Assembly: GCF_006345805.1 (NCBI RefSeq) | Contig: NW_021825885.1 | Coordinates: 1 to 14,169 of the forward strand | Origin: Octopus sinensis | Taxonomy: Eukaryota | Length of the DNA: 14,169 nt | Direction of reading: 5' to 3' | In this document: piece after piece, positions 1-9,365 of the stretch | How positions within the stretch are numbered: the first letter of the stretch is position 1 | How the letters are laid out: the number at the start of each line of letters is the position of its first letter | Notes under the pieces: model-generated | The model's database searches: none | What the model saw: the letters and a program-made list of their open reading frames with translations, nothing else | What the model was told of the DNA's origin: nothing | Made by a program: the position numbers and the translations under genes

Positions 1-235
1 TTCTTATCTTCCTTCTCGTTCCACTTTTCACATCAACTTCCTTCGCCTTGTATTCCCATTTTTCTTCTTCTAATTTTCTCACAGTCCGGCGTCCTGGCCT
101 TTAGATATATCTAAAGTATGAGCAAATCCCGGAAGAGTGCGTAGAGATACATGATATGTTTTATAAATTTGCCAATTCAAAGTGTTGGTAAGCATGAAAC
201 TATTAGTAGCTCTTTCGTAGTTGCGTATTAAATTG

Positions 236-663
236 ATATGTGTGTGTGTGTGTGTGTGTATGTGTAAGTATGTGTATGCGTGTGTGTATGTGTGTGATTG
301 TGGGTGGGTGTTTGTGTGTTTGTGTGTTTGTGTGTATGTGTGCTTGTGTGTGTGTTTGCGTGTGTTTGTGGGTGTGTGCGCGTGTGCATGTGTGTGTGAG
401 CTTGCGTGTGTGTGTGTGTTTGCGTGTGTATTGTTTGCGTGTGTTTGCGTGTGTATGTGTGTGTGTGTTTATGTGTGTTTGTGGGTATGTGCGCGTGTAT
501 ATGCGTGTGTGTATGTGTGTGTCTTTGTGTGTGTTTGTGGGTGTTTGTGCTCGTATGTGTGTGTGTGTGGGTGCTTATGTGTGTGTGTTTGTGTGTGTTT
601 GTTTGTGTGTTTGTGTGTGTATGTGTATGTGTGTGTATATGTGTGTATGTGTACGTATCTGTG
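236..663. repeat. Degenerate (TG)n microsatellite, about 430 bp
   Basis: Continuous TG dinucleotide tract with TA/TT/CG interruptions; source of the Cys-Val and His-Thr ORFs at 221-793. Confidence 0.97.
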
Positions 664-789
664 TACAAGGTGGGGTGCTGAAAAGTTCTTGGCTTTGGGC
701 AAAAGAAAATTCAGGACGATCAGTTACTTACGATTTTATTCAACATATTCTCCTCTAAGATTTACACATTTATTCCAGCCGTCCTTCGG
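664..789 (-). mobile_element. Mariner (Tc1/mariner) 3'-terminal fragment: one TIR plus transposase C-terminus
   Basis: TA at 664-665 is followed by the TIR-like CAAGGTGGGGTGCTGAAAAGTTCTTGGC. Minus strand 786-736 translates [16 protein letters not shown], matching the mariner C-terminal pattern RWxKCVxxxGxYVE*. Similarity stops near 789. Confidence 0.88.
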
Positions 790-919
790 TTGACTTGCTT
801 TAATCGTAGGAAGCCTTAAGATATGAAAAAAGAATCGAGTTTAACGGCACACAATTATAACACTACACACTTTTAACGCAAGTCTGAACTTAGCCTTTTC
901 GCACGATAATAAAAACGGT

Positions 920-1050
920 CACACACGCACTCACACACGAACATATCTGGAAGGTACAGCCACCTAAGCGCATGCGCACAAATGCACATACATATCACAC
1001 ACAGACACACACACTCCCTCTCACTTACACACACACACACACACACACTT
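920..1050. repeat. Interrupted (CA)n microsatellite
   Basis: CA-rich runs at 920-945, 975-1015 and 1027-1048. Confidence 0.85.
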
Positions 1051-1056
1051 ACATAT

Positions 1057-1278
1057 ACTCTTTTTACTCTTTTACTTGTTTCAGTCGTTTGATTGCGGCC
1101 ATGCTGGAGCACCGCCTTTAATCGAGCAAATGGACCCCAGGACTTATTCTTTGTAAGCCTAGTACTTATTCTATCGGTCTTCTTTTGCCGAACCGCTAAG
1201 TTACGGGGAGGTAAACACACCAGCATCGGTTGTCAAGCGATGTTTGGGGGTGGGACAAGCTCAGACACACAAACATAT

Positions 1279-1348
<70 letters not shown>

Positions 1349-1530
1349 ATATATATACACACACATAAATACGACGTGCTTCTTTCAGTTTCCGTCAACC
1401 AAATCCATTCACAAGGCTTTGGTTGGTCCGAGACTATAATAGAAGACACTTAACCAAGGTGCCACGCAGTGGAACTGAACCCGGAACCATGTGGTTGGTA
1501 AGCAAACTTCTTACCACACTGCCATTCCTG
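1057..1530 (-). mobile_element. tRNA-derived SINE, family A, near full length
   Basis: Minus strand shows A box TGGCAGTGTGG (1524-1514), B box GGTTCAGTTCC (1481-1471), a CORE-like GGCACCTTGG segment, an internal microsatellite (1263-1370) and a GAGTAAAA-type repeated tail (1057-1077). Collinear with the copy at 7690-8082. Confidence 0.93.
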
Positions 1531-1544
1531 AATGTATTTATTCA

Positions 1545-1805
1545 TATATGTGTATATGAACATGTAGAGGTTTGTCAGTAAAAACAGGAAACATAGAACA
1601 TAAAACATGCGTATGTATTATATTTACTTTTGATCGGCAAGAGTTACAAAGTGACTCAAAGGCTGAAAGTTTCGTGCATAGTACTTATCAAGTGGCAAAC
1701 ACGAAACTCCTAGCACTTGAGTCATCCTGTATTTCTTCCAATTAAAAAAATATAGAAATATGTACATGCTTCTTCCTCTATCCACATATGAAGACGATCT
1801 CCCAC
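1545..1805. mobile_element. Two head-to-head Penelope-like 3' termini (pLTR-like) forming an imperfect palindrome
   Basis: 25-bp inverted arms 1652-1676 and 1700-1724 (20/25 match) centred on 1688, with weaker similarity out to about 1606/1768. Each arm reads stem II-GAAA-stem III-GTC followed by an A-rich polyA-signal-like stretch. The Penelope assignment is inference. Confidence 0.5.
1653..1691 (-). ncRNA. Hammerhead-ribozyme-like motif (U3-A8 core variant, stem I missing)
   Basis: Minus strand reads UUGAUAA GUAC-uau-GCAC GAAA CUU-ucagccuuu-GAG UC: core, stem II with one mismatch, GAAA, stem III and a GUC triplet. No stem I partner 5' of the core. Confidence 0.45.
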
Positions 1806-1875
1806 TCTCTCTCTCTCAGACACACAGAAACAAAGAAATGCATACGCATATATATAAAAGTGTAAGCCTACTCAT

Positions 1876-2272
1876 ATGTATGTATGTATGTATGTATGTG
1901 TCTGTCGGTCTGTCTATCTATTTATCTATCTATCTATCTGTCTGTTTGTCTGTCTATCAATGCATCTATCTAGTAATCTACATATATGCACACATACATA
2001 TATATATATATATGCATATATATATACATATATATATATGTATATATATATATACATATATATATATGTGTGTGTGTGTATATATATATACATATATATA
2101 AACATACATATATATATACAGATATATATATATACACACACACATATATATATACATGTATATGTATATGTATATATATATATATGTATATATATAAATG
2201 TATATAATATATATATATATACATATGAACATGTATATATATGTACATATATATACACACACACATACATAT
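1876..2272. repeat. Compound microsatellite (TATG)n-(TCTA)n-(TCTG)n-(TA)n/(CA)n
   Basis: Read directly from the sequence. Confidence 0.95.
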
Positions 2273-2499
2273 AATGTTTAGTTGTACTTTGATATCTTAT
2301 TTGTTTGCCAGAGGTCACCGTTCATTTTCAGAATCGTGCGCGTGCCGATGATTTTACAATACGCACATACACGTGTACTCATACCAGGCGTCAATTCGAG
2401 CGTGAATATTAGGCATGGAAAAATACATCCAACCACTCACGTGTGTACTCGGGCACACATATCTAATGCGTTTGTATTTTGGGTGTGTGTGGGTGTTTG

Positions 2500-2710
2500 C
2501 ATATACATACATATATAAATACATAAATACATACATACATGCATAGATACATACATACCATACATACATACATACATACATACATACATACATACATACA
2601 TACAGGCATGCATGCATACATACATATATACCACTATACATAAGTTTATATGAGTGTATATATATATGTATATATATATGAATATATATGTGTTATATAT
2701 ATATATATAT
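2500..2710. repeat. (CATA)n and (TA)n microsatellites
   Basis: Read directly from the sequence. Confidence 0.93.
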
Positions 2711-2959
2711 TCTTCTTATCGTTAATATTATTTGTAGTATTGATTATCGGAGTATAAACCCATGTATTTATTTTGCTCCCAGGATAAACCCTATTTATAG
2801 TTTTACCAATATGAACTTTTTTCTCAGAGTACTTGCTAAAAACGAATATAATACTCAAAGGAAAGCCTGTCTCCGATACCCGAGTGTAATCTATTAAAAA
2901 AAAAATGGTTGGTTTTACAGATTTTTCTCATTTATTTACATGCACGACATTTTCATTTT

Positions 2960-4540
2960 CAAAATGACCGCCTAGGATGTAGTACACAGCAAAACAATGC
3001 AACCGCTAACGAAGAGAAAATAGCAACAGAAGAACATGAAAAATTAAAGATAAGAAAATGAACCAAAAGGAAAATAACGGAATATTCAAATGGATAGTTA
3101 ATACATAAAAATGTTTCAAATAGTCTAACAGGAAATTTTGAAGACTGATATTAACAATGCAACAACAACCACAACAGCTGCAACAATAACAACAACAGTG
3201 GCAACATTTGCCCTTTAAATCGCTCATATAGTATCTATGTTAACAAACAAGAAAGAACTTTTAGATATAGTTCAGTTCCAAGAAAAGTTGCGGCGAAACT
3301 TTTCTTAGACAAAACAGTAATTGTTTTTGCCACGGGAGCCAATCCAAAAGGAAGCAACGAGAAAAAATTACATTATCTGTTTTAGCAAAATGGCACTGGA
3401 CTTCAATTCTCCTAAACCACTACAAAATTACAACAGGTACTTCAAAATATCTCTGGAGAAATTATTTTATCCGAAAAATGGATTTACGACACATTCAGAA
3501 CTGAAGCTCCAGTTAAAACAGAGCCAGAAATTGTTAGGCATACCTCCATTTGTACCCTTATACATGAGGCATGGAAATATAAGGGTGACGCTAAGAGACA
3601 TCAGATACGATGTAGATCCGTGATTAGCCATCGCTTTTGAATGGAAGGTGATTAAAGTAGAGCCAATGAGAAGTGATGTGATCGGTATGCATTAAAGGGG
3701 ATAATGGCACCCGAAGGCTACAAACCCATACTGGGATTGTGCCAGTTGAATAAGTCGAGGAGAAGGGCAAAAGATTGATAATACAATGCAAAAAAGCCTA
3801 GTTACTATGTTTGTTGTAGTAAGAATAATCTCAAAGATTCTAAAAAGACGGGATAAGAAAACTAGAAACAAAAATAAAAAAAAAGACCAACTAATACAGC
3901 AAAAAACAAAGAAAGAAAATCTCAGTTTCAAGAGTTGTTGTTTGTTACTGCTCGAGCCATCTCTGGCGCATAAGGGCCGGTTTCCCGGTTTCCTTGGCGT
4001 ATAGGTTCCCCACCTGGTTGGGACGCCCATCCACCATAAGTGAGCTGCAAATTGCAGGAGGAAAGAGTGAGAGAAAGTTGTGGCGAAAGAGTCAGCAGAG
4101 GTTCGCCATTACCTTCTGCCGGAGCCGCGTGGAGCTTAGGTGTTTCGTTCATAAACACACACATCGCCCGGTCTGAGATTTGAACCCGTGATCCCTCGAC
4201 CGCGAGTCCGCTGCCCTAACCACCAGGCCATGTGCCTCCACAAGTTTCAAGAGTAGCATCAGCCAAATCTTTGGGGGAATGGTCAAAGAAACAGCTCACT
4301 ATTAAATGCAAACGATTAAATACACCCTCCTCTAACAGTGGCAACCAGTAGCACCATTCCGTCGGTATGTGACAGGAGTAGACAGTGGTTGATGAGGAAA
4401 TTGCACGAATTGTTGAAAGGAACACTGAAAGGCAAAAAAGAAAAATAAGAATTCAATACGAAGCAAACTCTGCAAAACAATAACGATTGGCAAAATAGCT
4501 AAGATCCATCGTCCTTAGGTTTAGGATATAGGTAACATAC
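2960..4540 (+). pseudogene. Possible decayed gag/ORF1-like region of a non-LTR retrotransposon, interrupted by a SINE
   Basis: About 1.2 kb of non-microsatellite, A-rich plus-strand DNA with protein-like fragments (poly-Q-like CAA tract 3159-3205; FVPLYMRHGNIRVTLRDIRYDVDP*LAIAF near 3550-3640). A degenerate zinc knuckle PSYYVCCSKNNLKDS lies at 3797-3841. Many stops and frameshifts; boundaries approximate. Confidence 0.35.
3936..4242 (-). mobile_element. Full-length tRNA-derived SINE, family C, with 12-bp TSD
   Basis: A box TGGCCTGGTGG (4230-4220), B box GGTTCAAATCT (4186-4176), V-domain-like GGATGGGCGTCCCAACCAGG (within 4035-4007) and an (AAC)n tail. Perfect direct repeat AGTTTCAAGAGT at 3924-3935 and 4243-4254. 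Confidence 0.93.
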
Positions 4541-4825
4541 GAAAGAAATGATGTTAGTGAAAAAAACCCAAACAAACACACTGATGATTCAAAGCAATAT
4601 TGCTCTGATGTCAACCGAATAGAAAATACCAATGGGCAATTTTTGCGTACAGGTGTACTAATATATATGCATACGCACATACATATATGTGAGTGCTTGT
4701 GAGTACTAATGTATAGTATTATTATTTTTTTACATATTAAGGCATGCACCTTAAGATACATTCTATCACTTATGGTTGCAAATATGCTTACATGAATTGT
4801 GATATGCACCTTTAGGCCTTTATCT

Positions 4826-4918
4826 TGTGTGTATATATATATGTATATATATATACATGCATACATATTTATATATATATTTGTACATAACATATATCTA
4901 AATATCTATCTATCTATC

Positions 4919-5000
<82 letters not shown>

Positions 5001-5576
5001 AAAATATATATATATGAGGTATACATACATATATACATACATGAGCGTATACATACATATATTTAGGCATGCACATAAATGTATATAAATATCATTATAA
5101 AGTATATATTTATAATGTAAAATTTATACGTACACGTGCGAATACCTATCTAAGATCCATAAATTAATTAACAGCACATACACGGTAACATACAACCGCA
5201 TAAAAAACGCATAAAAATCGCATACACATATGTACTAACATACTTATATAAATATATTCATCTATACACACAGACATACATGCATGAATGCTAAATGCAT
5301 GCATATACGTATAATTACATACACATGTATATACATATAATGATATATAAAGTGTATACATTATTACACATTGATATATATATATATATAAAATATAATT
5401 ATTATTGAGTGAGGGATAATATATAAATAGAATATATATATATATATATATATATATGCGTTCATATATAATATGCACTCATGTACAAACATAAACATGC
5501 GTATACACATGCGTGCGTACATAAATATAAACATATGTATGCATGTATGTATATATATATGTATTATATGTATGTA

Positions 5577-5645
<69 letters not shown>

Positions 5646-5690
5646 GTGCATATATATATATATATTATATATTATATATATATACAATTG
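4826..5690. repeat. (TA)n-dominated compound microsatellite field including (TCTA)n at 4903-4960
   Basis: Read directly; long pure TA run near 5583-5638. Confidence 0.92.
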
Positions 5691-5932
5691 TACAGCCATA
5701 CTCAAGTATATATAAATACATCTATTTACTGGTGCATGCATCTAAAATATAGACTGGCAAAGTTCATTAAAATCAATTCAGTCCCCTTTTTGCTTCCGTA
5801 GTATAAGAATTATCAATTTATTATTCATTTCAGACCTCCGACATTACAGCAGACCAAAATTGGATATCAATGCTTTCTAACTTTCCCCTATAATAAACTT
5901 GATAATACTGAACAGATGAGTGGACAGATTGA

Positions 5933-5940
5933 TGTGTGTG

Positions 5941-5986
<46 letters not shown>

Positions 5987-6142
5987 TGTGTGTGTATACA
6001 CACACATATGGTTAGATCAACATGGATGTATAAGCTTATTCATATGACTATAATGATTACACTGATAATGAAAATGGTAATAATGATGACGATAATGAAG
6101 ATAATAATGATTATTATTATGAATATGTGTGTATATGTATAG

Positions 6143-6213
<71 letters not shown>

Positions 6214-6352
6214 GATATATATACGTACATATATATATATGTATATAGACATATATATATAATATATTAATATATACATATAAATATATATGCAATATAC
6301 ATATATACATACATGCATATATATATATATGTATATGTGATGATGATGATGG

Positions 6353-6393
<41 letters not shown>

Positions 6394-6796
6394 GTGTTGA
6401 TGATGGTGGTGATGATGATAATGATGATCATGGTGGTGGAGATAGATGGTAAGAACCAGGTAAGAAATTTTGAAACTGCTATCTTTAAGAGGTATCTGAA
6501 GAATAAGCGTGTGTGTGTGTGTGTGTATGTGTGTGTGTGTGTCTGTGGTGGTGGTGGTGGTGGAGAAATAGAAATAAATATGCATATAAGATAACGAGAA
6601 GAAATCTAAAAAGGGAAGAAAGAAAGAAAGAAAGATAGAAAGAAAGAAAGAAAGAAAGGAAGGAAGAAAGAAAGGAAGAAAGGAAGATTGTAGAAGACTC
6701 TGAAGCGGAACGTTTATCCATTTATATAATTGGAAGGAACGAAAGACACAAAATAATAATGATGAAACTTTCAATGAAGAATATAATATAATATAT

Positions 6797-6853
<57 letters not shown>

Positions 6854-6897
6854 TTATATATATGTATATAGTATATATGTATATATATATTATATAC

Positions 6898-6941
<44 letters not shown>

Positions 6942-7200
6942 GTATATATATATGTATATATATGTATATATATAATGTATATAAGTACGTATATATATAT
7001 CTATATACATACATATATATATATGTATATATATATGGTGTGTGTGTGAGGATGTTGTACACAGAGACATCTTCATATACTTATACAGACATAAATACAT
7101 ATACAAACACATGTATATATATGTATATATATATGTTTATATATATATATATACATAGATATATAGATATTCATGTGCACACATACACATTATATGTACG
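5933..7200. repeat. Compound microsatellite field: (TG)n, ATA/ATG trinucleotide 6040-6122, (TA)n, (GAT)n 6338-6440, (GGT)n, (GAAA)n 6612-6687, (TA)n/(CA)n
   Basis: Read directly; explains the poly-Met and poly-His ORFs. Confidence 0.93.
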
Positions 7201-7224
7201 AATGTAGTTATCGACAGCAATAAT

Positions 7225-7463
7225 TCTGTCTGTCTGTCTGTCTGTCTGTCTGCCTGTCTGCCTGCCTGCCTGTCTGTCTGTCTCTCTGTCTATCTATCAA
7301 TATCTACATTCATTTATTTACCAATGAAGATGCACACACATATACACACAATTGCAATTACTCCATAGTCTGTTATTCATTATGATTTCTTAGTAGTTAG
7401 TAAAGACTATTACCACGCATCTCAGTAAACATTATACCTTCAACCAGAATGCAGATTTCTGTC

Positions 7464-7498
<35 letters not shown>

Positions 7499-7629
7499 CT
7501 TCTCTCTCTGTCTTACGCTTCTAGTGTATCTACTTTCATTCTCCCCCCTCTTACTATGTATGTGTCTTTCCTCTCTCCCGCTTACGACTTCACACGCACA
7601 TACATACACACAATGTCGGTCTGTTTTTC

Positions 7630-7660
<31 letters not shown>
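7225..7660. repeat. (CTGT)n/(CTGC)n and (CT)n microsatellites with short unique spacers
   Basis: Runs at 7225-7295, 7458-7510 and 7635-7660. Confidence 0.88.
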
Positions 7661-7664
<4 letters not shown>

Positions 7665-7689
7665 AGATATAGAAATAGAAATATATATA

Positions 7690-8082
7690 AGCACAGTCAC
7701 TGCTGTGTGGTAAGTAGCTTGCTTCCCAACCACATGTTTCCGGGTTCAGTCCCACTGTGTGGCACATTGGGCAAGTGTCTTTTACTATAACCTCAGGCTG
7801 CCACAGCCTTGTGAGTGGATTTGGTAGTCGGAAACTGTAAGAAGCCCGTCGTATATAAATGTATATATATATATTTGTGTATCTGTGTTTTACCCCCACT
7901 ATCGCTTGACAACCGCTGTTGGTGAGTTTACCTCCCCGTAACTTAGTGGTTCGGCAAAAGAAACCGATAGAATAATTACTAGGCTTACAAAAATAAGTCC
8001 TGGCGTCGATTTGTTCGGCTGAAGACGGTGCTCCAGCATAGCCACTGTCAAACTAAGGAAACAAGTAAAAGAATAAAAGAAT
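7690..8082 (+). mobile_element. tRNA-derived SINE, family A, full length
   Basis: Decayed A box near 7700-7710, B box GGTTCAGTCCC (7743-7753), CORE-like TTGGGCAAGTGTCT, short internal TA tract and tail AAGTAAAAGAATAAAAGAA. Collinear with 1530-1057. Confidence 0.93.
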
Positions 8083-8101
8083 ATATATATGTGTGTGTGT
8101 G

Positions 8102-8178
<77 letters not shown>

Positions 8179-8198
8179 GTATGTATGTATGTATACAT
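8083..8198. repeat. (TG)n-(CT)n-(TA)n-(TATG)n compound microsatellite
   Basis: Read directly from the sequence. Confidence 0.92.
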
Positions 8199-8321
8199 AA
8201 CGAAGGTGGCTAAAAGCAATATAAAACGAAAAAGGAAGAATCTGATTGTCACTAATTGTGACTGGCGGTGCAGGGTAGCACCTACATTGCTAGAAATAAG
8301 AGGTAAAAACCCTCTTTTATA

Positions 8322-8355
<34 letters not shown>

Positions 8356-8450
8356 CGCTATCTTACTCGTATAATCTTTATTTACTGTCTTCACCTTTTC
8401 TTTCTTACTCTTTCTCTCTCTCTCTCTTGCACTCTTCCTCTCTCAATCTA

Positions 8451-8497
8451 ACATGTGGTTGGGAAGCAGGCTTCTTACCACACAGCCACGCCTGCGC
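8451..8497 (-). mobile_element. Family A SINE, 5' head fragment only
   Basis: Reverse complement GCGCAGGCGTGGCTGTGTGGTAAGAAGCCTGCTTCCCAACCACATGT; its last 36 nt match 7702-7737 at 34/36. Confidence 0.88.
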
Positions 8498-8537
8498 TTT
8501 CTTCAGTTCTTTTGTAGTAGAAAAAGAAAAAGTAGCA

Positions 8538-8888
8538 AGAGTGAGTGAGTGAGTGAGAGAGAGAGAGATTGAGAGAGAGAGAGAGAGAGAGGGATAAAGA
8601 GATAAAGAGAGAGAGAGAGAAAGAAACAGTTGGAAGAGAAAATACAGTAGAAAGGGGGGAAATATCTTCTTTGTCTCTCTCTATCATAATTTTTTCTCAC
8701 ATTCCTTATTCTGTCTCACCTCTTCTTTCACCCCACACATATTCTCTGTTTCTTTCTCTCTCTCTTTCTCTCCCTTCTGTCGTTTTTTCTCCTTTTCTCT
8801 CAAGTATTATATTACTCTCTTTCTAGATGTGAAAACGTAGATGTTGATGAGGCGTGAGTTTCGAAAGACTGCGTGAGGAATGAGTTAC

Positions 8889-8960
<72 letters not shown>
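8538..8960. repeat. (GA)n/(CT)n microsatellites
   Basis: (GAGT)n/(GA)n at 8538-8625, CT-rich 8670-8800, near-pure (GA)n at 8891-8960. Confidence 0.9.
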
Positions 8961-9116
8961 GTGGTTAGTATGATGAGTGAGGGAGGGAGGATAGGATAGT
9001 AGTGCAATGGGAATTAATCAATCGTTTCGCTTTTCGGAAAAATGCTACACGGAAGCAACAGATAATTTTAATGATATGTATATAAATATACGAATATATA
9101 TATATATATATATAAA

Positions 9117-9217
9117 GTAGACGGACAATTCGTCGACAGACAGTTGGCTGACAGACAACTTACAGGCAGGACAATTGATCGATTGGATAATTCGTCGAAA
9201 GGACAATATGTCGGCAT
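9117..9217 (+). repeat. Left TIR: six 15-16-bp subrepeats, consensus GACAATTCGCCGACA
   Basis: gtagacg-gacaattcgtcgaca-gacagttggctgaca-gacaacttacaggcag-gacaattgatcgattg-gataattcgtcgaaag-gacaatatgtcggcat. Confidence 0.9.
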
Positions 9218-9365
9218 TTCTAAAAATAAAGTAAAAATTACGAAAAAGTTTTATTCGAATTACAAATAAAAATAATTTATTTATGAAAGATATTATGTAC
9301 AATAGGTCAACATATGAAAAAAGCACACAAAGTTTTGTTAGTCTTACAAATAGAAATAAAGACAT

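Noticed and set aside
221-793. 190-aa Cys/Val ORF and overlapping His/Thr ORFs
   Set aside because: Translations of the (TG)n microsatellite, which lacks stop codons.
3928-4164. Similar peptides from ORFs 3928-4164 and 13894-14079 suggesting a gene family
   Set aside because: The similarity comes from the shared non-coding SINE head.
4581-4626. CTGATGA...GAAA hammerhead candidate containing the AGCAATATTGCT palindrome
   Set aside because: Stem II does not close next to GAAA and no stem I or III was found.
5821-5930. Acceptor-like TTCATTTCAG followed by unique sequence
   Set aside because: No good donor site and no recognisable peptide.
6448-6468. Tandem GGTAAGAA donor-like sites
   Set aside because: No credible upstream acceptor or exon; only (GAT)n precedes them.
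6205-7062. 285-aa ORF with poly-His, and the poly-Met ORF at 6313-6594
   Set aside because: Made of (TA)n, (GAT)n and (GAAA)n repeats with no domain content.
8843-8890. TTGATGA GGCGTGAGTTTC GAAA hammerhead candidate
   Set aside because: Poor stem II, no Watson-Crick 3-8 pair and no stem III or NUH site.
9124-9217. CRISPR-like appearance of the short repeats here and at 10686-10778
   Set aside because: Units are contiguous with no spacers, occur as an inverted pair around a transposase, and the context is eukaryotic.
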